IMG/VR virus record: IMGVR_UViG_3300045988_180472
Location: 1-52,006 of that record
Direction: 5' to 3' (one strand)
Origin: a virus
DNA length: 52,006 nt
Part shown: positions 16,206 to 25,430 of the stretch, piece after piece
Position numbering within the stretch: position 1 is the stretch's first letter
Layout of the letters: every line of letters starts with the position of its first letter
Position numbers and translations under genes: made by a program
The notes under the pieces: model-generated
Seen by the model: the letters and a program-made list of their open reading frames with translations, nothing else
Database searches by the model: none
What the model was told of the DNA's origin: nothing

Positions 16206-16655
16206 ATGCGTAAAATCAACGCCCTGATAGTACACAATGCGGCCACCTATGACACCATGGACATTGGTGTGGAGGAAATTCGGCAGGTGCACATAAAGGA
16301 AAATGGCTGGCGTGACGTCGGCTACCACTACGTGATACGCCGCAACGGTGTCATTGAGAAGGGACGTGACGAGGCCACAGTTGGCGCGCATGTCGCTGGT
16401 CACAATGCGAATTCCATTGGTATTTGTTTGGCGGGCGGCTTGAGCAAGATCGACGGCAAGACCGTGGAGCGAGCCAATTTTACTGACCAGCAATACGATT
16501 CCCTCTACAAACTCCTGACTGAGCTGATGGCGAAATACCCGCTCGCGAAGCTCTACGGCCACAGCGATTTTGCGAACAAGTTTTGTCCCGGGTTCGATGT
16601 TCGAACTTGGTTCAAGAATTATCAGCAGGCGCAACGAGCCTCGTCTGCTGATTGA
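16206..16655 (+). CDS. endolysin, N-acetylmuramoyl-L-alanine amidase (PGRP / T7 lysozyme-like, Amidase_2)
   Basis: ALIVHNAATYD...GYHYVIRRNG...GHSDF...KFCPGFD carries the Zn ligands His/His/Cys in the T7 lysozyme pattern. The ATG at 16206 has a preceding AAGGA. The upstream part of the track ORF is non-coding. Confidence 0.85.
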   Translation: MRKINALIVHNAATYDTMDIGVEEIRQVHIKENGWRDVGYHYVIRRNGVIEKGRDEATVGAHVAGHNANSIGICLAGGLSKIDGKTVERANFTDQQYDSLYKLLTELMAKYPLAKLYGHSDFANKFCPGFDVRTWFKNYQQAQRASSAD

Positions 16656-16828
16656 CGGCGCCTCTCCTCGCCGTCACTCTCCTGCCCTTGCCCGCCGTGT
16701 ATCCTGCGCACGGCGGGCTTCTTTTTAAAGTCTTGAAATATATGGAAATGTGGTTCATCTGGCATTCCATGTATCTGAATTTGTTGGTGTTTCATAAGTA
16801 TTTGAAACGTTTAACAAAGGACGAACCG

Positions 16829-17221
16829 ATGAAGAACAAGTTGGCTATGTTGCTTGCGTTCGTGATGATGCTGACGGTCTCTGCATGCAACGCGGACGAA
16901 GCCGCCATCAACGCGAGGAACTCGCTGCGGACGGCGAAAGTGACGTATGAAACAGCAATGGAAGCGTCCGTGGAACTCCACAAAGCGGACAAACTGACCG
17001 ACGAGCAGATGGCGAAAGTCAATGAAGCGGCGGTCATTTTTGTGGACGTTTACCTCATGGCGGTTGATGCGCTTGACACCTATGTGACCACCAACAAGGC
17101 CCAGTCCGAACAGGATTTGGCGGCAGCTGTTGACGCGGTTACTGATGGGTTGAACACGTTTATCAAGAGCCTTGTACAGCTGGGCGTGGACATTAAAGAG
17201 CAAACTGACGCCAAGGGGTAA
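16829..17221 (+). CDS. lipoprotein (131 aa), in the lysis cassette; spanin-like or surface-exclusion lipoprotein
   Basis: Signal peptide plus lipobox LTVSAC. RBS AAAGGA. Helical, acidic mature part with no C-terminal TM. Confidence 0.55.
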   Translation: MKNKLAMLLAFVMMLTVSACNADEAAINARNSLRTAKVTYETAMEASVELHKADKLTDEQMAKVNEAAVIFVDVYLMAVDALDTYVTTNKAQSEQDLAAAVDAVTDGLNTFIKSLVQLGVDIKEQTDAKG

Positions 17222-17223
17222 GC

Positions 17224-17376
17224 CATGAAGGTATCGGACGTCATCTTCATCCTCGATCTCGCAATGTCGATTGGTATTCCGGCAGTGCGAAAAATCGTGG
17301 AAGCATGGGACAAGGAAACGGTCACTCGCGAAGACATTGAACAGCTTCGCGACATCAAAACCCCCGACCAGTTCTA
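17224..17376 (+). CDS. small protein (50 aa), lysis cassette
   Basis: ATG 2 nt after the lipoprotein stop. RBS-like AAGGGG. Below the ORF-track size cutoff. Confidence 0.35.
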
Positions 17377-17394
17377 AGAAAACGGTGCCCATAT

Positions 17395-17730
17395 ATGATT
17401 GAATCGTTTCACAAAGCGATGAGCGCGCTGTCTGAGAGTCTGCCGTGGATCATAATGGGCGCCGTTGTGGGGGCTACTATGAACGCGCAAGTGACGAACA
17501 GCCCAAGCCTCTGGGCGACGGTACGCGGATACATCGCCAGCTTAATTTGTGGCATTGGTGTAGGTACGGTCGCCGTACTGATGGCGAAGAGCAGTGGAGT
17601 AACGAACGCGGACGCAATCGCGTACATAGGCATGGGTATGGCGATGTTTGGCAAGGACGCGTATCCAGTGATACGAGAACGAATCTTGCGGGTATTGCCG
17701 AGGAGGCAATCGAATGGCAGTAATGACTGA
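17395..17730 (+). CDS. holin-like membrane protein (111 aa)
   Basis: Two to three predicted TM helices (WIIMGAVVGATM; SLICGIGVGTVAVLMA; IAYIGMGMAMF). Basic C-terminus. Sits just after the endolysin and lipoprotein genes. Confidence 0.5.
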   Translation: MIESFHKAMSALSESLPWIIMGAVVGATMNAQVTNSPSLWATVRGYIASLICGIGVGTVAVLMAKSSGVTNADAIAYIGMGMAMFGKDAYPVIRERILRVLPRRQSNGSND

Positions 17731-18148
17731 CACTGACTTTGAACAGCTGCTGATGCTCATCGTCAGCGGTAAGTCGGTGTCTGAAGCGAGCGTGGAGCTC
17801 GGTTACGACGACCATGGATCAGCCTTGTGGTTTTACTTGGATGACGGAGCTGACCCATCACGCCGTGAAAGGTATATGATGGCGAGGCGGCTGGCGGCTG
17901 ACGCACAGTTTGACCAAATTCTCGACCTCGAGAACAAAACTATCCAAGAAGCCATGAGTCCGCAAACGCTGACGGCAGTTGTAAACGCGCGTAAATGGCG
18001 TTTGGGCAAGATGAATCCGAAGATTTACGGCGATTCGCAGCAGCTGAATTTGACAAGCTCGGATGGCTCTATGTCGCCGGCGGCCAATGCGTCGCTGGTG
18101 TCCCTCTCGTTTGAGGAACTCAAGAAACTCGCCGAATCGCTCGGGTAA
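17714..18148 (+). CDS. terminase small subunit (putative)
   Basis: 144-aa protein immediately upstream of TerL. HTH-like N-terminus (LLMLIVSGKSVSEASVELGY). RBS GAGGAGG. Confidence 0.55.
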   Translation: MAVMTDTDFEQLLMLIVSGKSVSEASVELGYDDHGSALWFYLDDGADPSRRERYMMARRLAADAQFDQILDLENKTIQEAMSPQTLTAVVNARKWRLGKMNPKIYGDSQQLNLTSSDGSMSPAANASLVSLSFEELKKLAESLG

Positions 18149-18275
18149 AACCATGGGGCTTCACTTTATGAACAATTTCAAAGGCTTGCGTAAACGCCCG
18201 CGCTGACGACGTTACTTATAAGTAACGCGCGGGCGTTTACGCATGCGAAACTTCCCGGGTATGCGTATGAAACAG

Positions 18276-18302
18276 GCTCTTAAAACTCGATTTAAGGCTC
18301 GT
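18276..18302. repeat. copy of the dispersed element (GGCTCTTAAAACTCGATTTAAGGCTCG), reverse orientation relative to the 51726 copy
   Basis: Reverse complement matches 51726-51752 except for 2 nt. Confidence 0.85.
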
Positions 18303-18340
18303 GAAATTCGATTTGTGTATAAATGCTCACGATTCGAAAA
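18303..18340 (+). promoter_or_regulatory. conserved late-promoter-like box GAAATTCGATTTGTGTATAAATGCTCACGATT
   Basis: Paralog of 16059-16096. Lies 60 bp upstream of the TerL start. Confidence 0.55.
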
Positions 18341-18362
18341 TTCGCGAGTTTTAAAGGTTTTA
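18338..18362. repeat. partial copy of the dispersed element (CGCGAGTTTTAAAGG)
   Basis: Matches the CGAGTTTTAA half-site. Confidence 0.5.
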
Positions 18363-18402
18363 CTAAGTATTTGAGCCGCTTACGTGCCCGTAGGAGAGCA
18401 CG

Positions 18403-19887
18403 ATGTGGGCGACTAAGGAGCAGATGGCTCGCGACGTGCGGCGTGAGCTGGCGCGTAGAAGTTTTGAATTTTTTGTGCGGGAGGTAACTCCCAACTACCT
18501 TATGGGCTGGGTGCACAGGAAAATTTGCACCGAGCTCGACCAGTTCTTGCAGGACTCTCTCAATGGGCGTTCGCCCAGACTCATGATAATGATGCCGCCT
18601 CGCTCTGGTAAATCGGAGCTGGCAAGCCGCAAATTTCCAGCGTATGCCTTGGGGCGGTATCCCGACCTGCAGTTTATCGCGACGTCGTACTCTGCTGATT
18701 TGGCGAGCAGAATGAGTCGTGATGTTCAGCGCTGCATAGAGAGTTCCGAATACACGAAAATTTTTCCGTCCACCAGACTGAGTTCTGGACGTGACGGATA
18801 CAGCCGAACGACGGACCTGTTCGAGATTGTACAGCACAATGGGGCGTACCGGTCAGCCGGTGTTGGCGGCGGTATTACTGGTATGGGCGGCAATATCTTG
18901 GTCATCGATGACCCCTTTAAAGACCGCGAAAGTGCTGATTCTCCAGTCCAGCGGCTGAAAGTTTGGGAGTGGTATACGTCGACACTATATACCCGTCTTG
19001 CTCCGGGCGGAGGTATATTGTTGATAAATACCCGTTGGCACACGGGCGACTTGTCAGGACGTCTACTGGAGATTGCGGCCAGAAAAGACGAAGACGAGTA
19101 TGCCGAGCAGTGGAAAATTGTGAGTTTTCCCGCTATTGCCACCCAAGACGAGGAGTTTAGAAAAGCAGGCGAACCGCTGCACCCAGAGCGGTATGATTTG
19201 CCTGCACTCCTCCGTATTAAGCAAGCAATCGGCTCCCGCAACTGGGAAGCCCTCTATCAGCAAAATCCCGTTCCCGACGGCGGCGCGATTTTCCTCGAGC
19301 GCTGGTTCAAATTCTGGTTCCACTCAGACCTGCCCCAAACGTTCGACCAAATGGCGATTTCGTGGGACTTGGCGTTTAAAGCATACGACACCAACGACTA
19401 TGTGGCTGGCACCGTATGGGGCAAAAAGGGCGCCGATTTTTATCTGCTAGACATTCTCCATCAGCGCTTAACCTTCACGCAAACCTTAGCGGCCATACGT
19501 GATTTACACGTTAAGTGGCCCAAGGCGAAGCGCATTTTCATTGAAGACGCGGCCAACGGGCCAGCAGTTATCGACTCGCTCTCACGGTCGATTCCCGGGA
19601 TTATCCCAGTAAAAGCTGATGGGTCGAAGGAATCGCGAGCGCACTCGGTAACTCCCCTGTTTGAAGCGGGCAACGTCTGGTTGCCCCACCCCTCGCTGCA
19701 TCGTGACGTGCAGGCGTTGATTACGGAATTTCTCCAATTTCCTTATGCGGAACATGACGACTTGGTGGACAGCACGACGCAGGCCATTCGAGAAATGACG
19801 CGTCGGCGTACTCTTGCCTTAAATGCCGAGTTGGCGAAGCCTGCGCCGACGGCCTCTCTACTAGGAGCGTTCTCTTATGGACGATAA
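18403..19887 (+). CDS. terminase large subunit
   Basis: Walker A MMPPRSGKSE, Walker B ILVIDDPF, C-terminal nuclease region. 494 aa. RBS AGGAGAG. Confidence 0.85.
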   Translation: MWATKEQMARDVRRELARRSFEFFVREVTPNYLMGWVHRKICTELDQFLQDSLNGRSPRLMIMMPPRSGKSELASRKFPAYALGRYPDLQFIATSYSADLASRMSRDVQRCIESSEYTKIFPSTRLSSGRDGYSRTTDLFEIVQHNGAYRSAGVGGGITGMGGNILVIDDPFKDRESADSPVQRLKVWEWYTSTLYTRLAPGGGILLINTRWHTGDLSGRLLEIAARKDEDEYAEQWKIVSFPAIATQDEEFRKAGEPLHPERYDLPALLRIKQAIGSRNWEALYQQNPVPDGGAIFLERWFKFWFHSDLPQTFDQMAISWDLAFKAYDTNDYVAGTVWGKKGADFYLLDILHQRLTFTQTLAAIRDLHVKWPKAKRIFIEDAANGPAVIDSLSRSIPGIIPVKADGSKESRAHSVTPLFEAGNVWLPHPSLHRDVQALITEFLQFPYAEHDDLVDSTTQAIREMTRRRTLALNAELAKPAPTASLLGAFSYGR

Positions 19888-21433
19888 CAAATTTAGCTCG
19901 CTGAGGCTGTCGCCGGCGATGCTTGACGAGCTTTTCACGCCGACAGCACCAAGACAGTATACGGTTGACGAAATTCGGGAAATGTTCAAACCCGCCGCAA
20001 CGCTTGGTGCGGCTCAAGATGTCCAGCTGGCCATGGACCAGCAGCTCATGGACACCGGCGTCTATTCGCTGATTCAGCACGCGTACAACTTGGGACAAGG
20101 CGTTGCGCCCCAGTTCATGGGGTATGGCGCATTGCAAGGGCTGGCGCAAAACGGGCTTATACGGGCATGTATTGAGACCGTGGCGGACGACATGGTCCGC
20201 GAGTGGATAGAGCTGAAGAGTTCGGATGACTCGGTTGAGCCTGAGCAAATAGCGCGACTTGAGCGGGCGATGCGAAACTTCAACGTGCGGGGCGTTTTCC
20301 ATGAGGCGGCAGAATACGTGGGGTATGAAGGCGGCGCGATGATTTTCATCGACACAGGAGCCGCCCCTGAGGAACTCGAAAAACCCCTCAATCTGTCCGA
20401 GTATTCTATGGAGCTCAGGCAAAACAAGTTGAAGGGCTTCACGGTTCTTGACCCTGTCAACCTGTTCCCGGGCGACTATAACTCGCTCTATCCGATGAAA
20501 AAGGACTACTACAAGCCCAAATACTGGTACGTCCTCGGCACCAAAGTCCACTCGTCGCGGCTGATTCGCTTGGTGGCGAATGAGTGCCCGACGCTCTTAA
20601 AGCCTGCGTATAACTTCTTTGGCGTCCCTCAAGCCCAGCTGTTATATGACTACGTGCTTCACTTCCAAGATTGCCGAATCGCCGTAACGCGATTGCTGAA
20701 GAAATTCTCGTTGCTCACGTTCAAGACGAACATTGGCGAAATTCTTTACGCACAGGGTGGTACTCAGGAAATCGACGCGCGCATCAACTTCATGCTGCGG
20801 ACGATGAACAACCAAGGCGTCTGGGTAATGGACACGACCGAAGAAGCCCAGAAACTCGAAACGCCGCTCAGCGGGCTAACGGACATCGTCAAGCAAAATC
20901 TCGAGTTCCTGACGGCCATCAACCGCACGCCTGCAGTCAAGCTGTTGGGAATCAGTCCGTCCGGATTCAATGCGACTGGTGAAAGTGACATACGGAACTA
21001 CTACGACCATGTGTTGTCGCAGTGCAACAAGGTGTTCCGCCATGGCTTGGAGACCGTGTTGAAAATCCTGCAGCTCCACTGCTTCGGCAAAATCAACACC
21101 AGCATTGACTTTGACTTCAAGCCGCTGGGACAAGAAGACAAAGCATCGTTGGCGATGACCCAGAAGACAAAAATCGAAACGCTCGCTACGGCCGTTGGTG
21201 CGAACTTCATTACCGAGTACGAGGGTAGAGCGGCAATTGCGAACGATCCCGATTCGGGTATTGACATTGGGGCTGAACCGCCGCAGGAGCTCAAGGACAA
21301 GATTGAAGCCCAGCAAGGTTGCGAAGACCCGATGGCTGGCATGGGGGCTCCCACTGACCTTGCCGACCTTATGGGGCCCACAGGCGAGCAGGATGACGAG
21401 CCTCAGCTCGTCGCGCCTCAGGCGGCCATGTAA
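19877..21433 (+). CDS. portal protein
   Basis: 518-aa protein directly after TerL and before the MuF-like gene. Acidic C-terminus. Assignment by position and size. Confidence 0.65.
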   Translation: MDDNKFSSLRLSPAMLDELFTPTAPRQYTVDEIREMFKPAATLGAAQDVQLAMDQQLMDTGVYSLIQHAYNLGQGVAPQFMGYGALQGLAQNGLIRACIETVADDMVREWIELKSSDDSVEPEQIARLERAMRNFNVRGVFHEAAEYVGYEGGAMIFIDTGAAPEELEKPLNLSEYSMELRQNKLKGFTVLDPVNLFPGDYNSLYPMKKDYYKPKYWYVLGTKVHSSRLIRLVANECPTLLKPAYNFFGVPQAQLLYDYVLHFQDCRIAVTRLLKKFSLLTFKTNIGEILYAQGGTQEIDARINFMLRTMNNQGVWVMDTTEEAQKLETPLSGLTDIVKQNLEFLTAINRTPAVKLLGISPSGFNATGESDIRNYYDHVLSQCNKVFRHGLETVLKILQLHCFGKINTSIDFDFKPLGQEDKASLAMTQKTKIETLATAVGANFITEYEGRAAIANDPDSGIDIGAEPPQELKDKIEAQQGCEDPMAGMGAPTDLADLMGPTGEQDDEPQLVAPQAAM

Positions 21434-22242
21434 TGGCGAAAACACTTCGTCCCATCAGGCCAAACGCGGGCGTTCGAGTGATGTACGGCAAGGACATTAC
21501 TCGATTGCTCAAGGCCATGAGCAAGGACTTGGAAGACGTCATCTTCAGGACGTACTCCAAACAGGAGCACAAGTTTTTGCCACAGGTCGCGCAAGATGCA
21601 GCTCCTGTTCCCGCCTTGACGAGCGAAATTTCGAAAGCTATGAAACGCTGGATGCGGCGATGGGATATTGCCGCTCAGCGTATAGCTGAGAATTTCGTAA
21701 AATCCATCGACAAGCACTCGCTGAAAGCCCTCGAATACGAGTTGAAGCAGGCTGGTTTCACGGTGAAGCTGGACAAAGCCTTCCGGTCGAACACCATGAT
21801 ACAGGCCCTCATCAAAGCCAACGTGGCGTTGATCAAGTCCATACCAGAGCAGTATCAGACTGACTTGTATGGAATAGTGATGCGCGGTATCACGGACGGC
21901 GTAGGTGCTCAGGATATCAAGAAGGAAATTCACGGGCGCTATGTAAAGTCTGAAAAGCGCGCTTTATTTATCGCCCGAGACCAAACGAACAAGGCGACGG
22001 AAACCATCAAGCGCGAACGCGATATGGAGCTCGGTATTACTCGGGCGATTTGGATTCACGTGCCCGGGTTGAAGACGAGCAGAGCCTCCCACAAGAAGAT
22101 GAATGGCAAAGAGTTTATTCTGGCGGAAGGTTGCTATGACGAGGCGGAAAAGCGCAAGGTCCACACTGGCGAATTGCCCGGCTGCCAATGCACCTACAAG
22201 GTTATTGTCGATGAGTTCGGCGACGATTGGGATAAAAAATAG
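21433..22242 (+). CDS. head morphogenesis protein (Mu gpF / SPP1 gp7-like)
   Basis: 269 aa, following the portal gene. MuF-like region around RAIWIHVPGLKTSRASHKKMNGKEF. Confidence 0.6.
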   Translation: MAKTLRPIRPNAGVRVMYGKDITRLLKAMSKDLEDVIFRTYSKQEHKFLPQVAQDAAPVPALTSEISKAMKRWMRRWDIAAQRIAENFVKSIDKHSLKALEYELKQAGFTVKLDKAFRSNTMIQALIKANVALIKSIPEQYQTDLYGIVMRGITDGVGAQDIKKEIHGRYVKSEKRALFIARDQTNKATETIKRERDMELGITRAIWIHVPGLKTSRASHKKMNGKEFILAEGCYDEAEKRKVHTGELPGCQCTYKVIVDEFGDDWDKK

Positions 22243-22301
22243 CCCGCACTCAACGTGCGGGCTTGGCTGTATGCGGCTATGCGAAATATGGGCGATTCGA
22301 G

Positions 22302-22424
22302 TTATTGGCTCGTTTCGCCTTCATCGTCATCATTTTCGCCGTCATAAATGATGTCGTCGTCTGTACATACAAACTTTGAATTGCGATTGGCGCCGTCTTC
22401 ACGCGTAATATCAGTCTGTGACAT
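22302..22424 (-). CDS. possible small acidic protein (40 aa), antisense to the late module
   Basis: ATG at 22424 with an AAATGGAGG RBS at ideal spacing. Product MSQTDITREDGANRNSKFVCTDDDIIYDGENDDDEGETSQ. Uncertain. Confidence 0.25.
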   Translation of the reverse strand: MSQTDITREDGANRNSKFVCTDDDIIYDGENDDDEGETSQ

Positions 22425-22498
22425 GGCAAACCTCCATTTTTTCTTTAATATATACGACGTTAACAAATAAATGTACACAGTTTCATGGAGAAAAATAA

Positions 22499-25339
22499 AT
22501 GGGCCAGAAAACGCTTTGGGATTCTCTCAAGAGGCTGGCGAAGGACGGATGGATTACCATCAAGCCGAATGGCCGGCGCAACAAAGGCCAGCCCGTTTTG
22601 CTTGGCGAGAATGGCGAAATTCTTGGCGGCATGGGCGGCAAGTTTAACGGCCTCAAGATGAAGGACGTCAAAGAGGCCAATAAGAAGCTCAAGCAGAAGA
22701 ACGAGTACGCTAAAAGCGGCCATTCCAAGGGCGAAAGTCCTGAGTTGTACAACGCGCCGATTCCTTCAGCTGCTCCTAATGCGCCGGCTATCCCGGGCGA
22801 TTACAAGAATTCTCCCGATTTCAAGAAGCTGACGCCTGACGCCCAAACCATGGTGAATCAGACGGCGGCGCACATCAAGAAGTTGCCGCTCGCCAAGATG
22901 GCAGAACACGGTCCCGCCCTGTATGAAGAGCTCGACAAGGTGATTAAAGAGCTGGCGAATAACGGTTCCAAGTTCGATTCCAAGGTCTCCGAAATGATGA
23001 CGAACTTGAACATCGCAGCCATGTCAGCAGCGACTGCCACGCCGACGCCTCCCAATCAACCTAAGCCGTCTAAATCGGAGACCAGTCAGTTTGAAGGTTA
23101 TGACAAGCTGTCGAGCCTGAATGCGAGCGAAATTGATAAACACGCCAAGGTTATCAATGAGAGCAAGGCGGCGCCCGAGGACAAGGCGTTCATGATGGAC
23201 GCGCTGAGACAGGCGACGTCCTATATGGCAGAGAATGGAATGGACGCGGCCGCAGCTAAAGTCTTGAGCGGCATCAATGGCGTTTGGGTGGCGTCGAGCA
23301 ATCCCGACGCGCTCAAGAAGGCAAAAGACGCGTTGTCCGGCTTGCTTGGTGAGATGAACGCGACCGTAGAGCTGGTGAACGCCGGCGGAACATACGCCAG
23401 CAAACAGGAAGCCGGACAACCAGCTCAACCGGCTCAACCAGCTCAACCAGCTCAGCTCCAAGCCGAAATTCCCCATACGCAAAAAGCGGACATTTCTCAG
23501 TACCAGCAGTTTGCTGGTTATAGTGGCCTTGACAAGTACACCAAGAACTGGTTCGATGAAAAAGCCAACGCGCTGATGAAGGCTGATATGAGTCAGTCCG
23601 ATAAGGACATGCTGACGTATGGCATGCAGTTGGCGCTCCAAAATGGTGTCGATCCCAAGAAGAAGGCTGAAAAGTATGGTGGCAAGTTCTTGGGTAAAGC
23701 GCTTGGCGTGATGGATGCTATTGGTGGTATTGCGCAGGCCAATAAGCAGAACAATCAGAAGATGCTCGACTTCTACAAGAATGCCGCTAAGCAGTCAATC
23801 GAGGCCTTGGGTGGAACCACGCAGGGCGCGTCGAATACGCCAGCTGCCACCACACCGAGCTCGGTATCCCCGACGCCTTCCGCAGCTGGTGAAATTCTGC
23901 CGAGCCAGAAGGGTAATCTTAAGGATTACAAGAAATTCATGGGCTATAACAGCCTGAATATGACAAGCAAGATGGTTCTGGATGACGCTGTTCAGAGCCT
24001 CCAAAAGGCGATGTCTGATATGAATCTGGACGTCGCCGATATGGCGAAAATCACCAAAGGCGTTCAAGTAGCTCTCAGCAAGTCTGTAGACGGCAAATTG
24101 GGCCCCGATGTCCAGCATATGCTGATTGCGGCGAAGAGTGCTGCTAAAAAGCTCTATGGGTCAGAAGCGTATAATGAGGCGATAACGAAAGCGCATAAGT
24201 ATGCGAAAATAATCGACCAGCTGCCTATGCCTACAGAAGCTCAGCAGAAAGAAATGGCCGCGTTGGCGGCTAAGCAGGCTGAATATGAGAAGCAGCAGGC
24301 GTTCAATAAAACGCCTTCGTTCACGCAGCAGACGACGGACGCCGACCGTAACAAGTTCAAGTACGCGACTGACAAATTCTTAAGCGACCAAGCCAAGGCG
24401 GATGTAGCGGCTATTCCCAACACGCTGCAGAATGGAAAATTCGCAAAAACCAAGCATAAGAACAAGTTCGAACAAGAACTTGGCGAAGGCGGTGACTCGT
24501 TTAAGAAATACTCTGGTATGGCTTACGGGCTGATGAAGTCGAGCAATAAAGACCTCGCAACCAAAGCCCAGAATATTGCCGTAGCAGTAGCTAACGGGCA
24601 AATGGAAGGTAGCAAGGCTATTTCATTGCTTCAGAGCATGGACGCCATGCAGAAGGTCAAAGACTACACTGACCCCAAAAGCGAGCCGCCAGCGTATACC
24701 AGTATCCACAGCGATGACATTCATAACTCTGGGACGTTCAAGGCTTCAGCTTTGCCGCCCGATCCGAAAGCGGCTGTGATGCAATATACGGGTAATGCCT
24801 ATGCGTCCTTAAACGGCCAGTTACGGCAGAACCAGAAGCTGAGCGCCAAAAATAAGAAGTTGATGGATGATATAAACAAGGCCTTCGCATTACCTGAAGT
24901 CAAGGCGAAGGACAATCTCACAGTCTACCGTGGAATTACGTCCACGCAGCTTCAGCATTTGCCGATTGGTGGCACGTTTACGAACAAGGGGTTCGTTTCG
25001 ACATCTTCTGATGCCTATGAGGCGTCGAAATTCGCCGGCGATAATGGCGCGTTGATGGAAATTCGGGTAAAGAAAGGCCAGCCTGCACTATCGGTCAAAG
25101 ACGTGTCTACATTCCCGGGTGAAAAAGAAGTCCTTCTTCCTACGGCGACCCAATTCACGGTGGTTGGGAAGAAAATTGGTCCGGGAGGCCGTCCTGTGCT
25201 GATTGTGGATTACGTCCCGCCCGCGAACGTCGCAAAAGACCGAGCTTTGACTTACCTGCAACGAGCTGGTTGGGCAAGTACGCCTAAAGACGATGCTGAG
25301 CGCCGTCAAGCCATATTTGACGCGCTGCGTCGCATGTAA
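22499..25339 (+). CDS. large head-module protein with three ~100-aa N-terminal repeats and a C-terminal arginine-type ADP-ribosyltransferase domain (T4 Alt-like; probable capsid-packaged effector)
   Basis: C-terminal region has YTGNAYASLNGQLR (NAD-binding helix), then TVYRG (catalytic Arg), FVSTSS (STS) and FPGEKEV (ExE) with R-to-STS and STS-to-ExE spacings of ~30-40 residues. PAQ x4 linker. Three repeats each containing (F/Y)xGYxxL. RBS GGAGAAAAATAA before the ATG. Confidence 0.75.
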   Translation: MGQKTLWDSLKRLAKDGWITIKPNGRRNKGQPVLLGENGEILGGMGGKFNGLKMKDVKEANKKLKQKNEYAKSGHSKGESPELYNAPIPSAAPNAPAIPGDYKNSPDFKKLTPDAQTMVNQTAAHIKKLPLAKMAEHGPALYEELDKVIKELANNGSKFDSKVSEMMTNLNIAAMSAATATPTPPNQPKPSKSETSQFEGYDKLSSLNASEIDKHAKVINESKAAPEDKAFMMDALRQATSYMAENGMDAAAAKVLSGINGVWVASSNPDALKKAKDALSGLLGEMNATVELVNAGGTYASKQEAGQPAQPAQPAQPAQLQAEIPHTQKADISQYQQFAGYSGLDKYTKNWFDEKANALMKADMSQSDKDMLTYGMQLALQNGVDPKKKAEKYGGKFLGKALGVMDAIGGIAQANKQNNQKMLDFYKNAAKQSIEALGGTTQGASNTPAATTPSSVSPTPSAAGEILPSQKGNLKDYKKFMGYNSLNMTSKMVLDDAVQSLQKAMSDMNLDVADMAKITKGVQVALSKSVDGKLGPDVQHMLIAAKSAAKKLYGSEAYNEAITKAHKYAKIIDQLPMPTEAQQKEMAALAAKQAEYEKQQAFNKTPSFTQQTTDADRNKFKYATDKFLSDQAKADVAAIPNTLQNGKFAKTKHKNKFEQELGEGGDSFKKYSGMAYGLMKSSNKDLATKAQNIAVAVANGQMEGSKAISLLQSMDAMQKVKDYTDPKSEPPAYTSIHSDDIHNSGTFKASALPPDPKAAVMQYTGNAYASLNGQLRQNQKLSAKNKKLMDDINKAFALPEVKAKDNLTVYRGITSTQLQHLPIGGTFTNKGFVSTSSDAYEASKFAGDNGALMEIRVKKGQPALSVKDVSTFPGEKEVLLPTATQFTVVGKKIGPGGRPVLIVDYVPPANVAKDRALTYLQRAGWASTPKDDAERRQAIFDALRRM

Positions 25340-25430
25340 ACCAGTAGAAAGCGAACTCTTTCAACAGAGGAGGTCAAAATGTAACGCGCGCGTACATTAT
25401 CAAAAGCAAGCAGGTGAACGTGGAGACTAT

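Noticed and set aside
16590-16610. GGGTTCGATGTTCGAAC resembling a tRNA T-arm
   Set aside because: It lies inside the amidase coding sequence. It lacks the GGTTCGAATCC consensus and surrounding cloverleaf complementarity. No tRNA could be supported by eye anywhere in the window.
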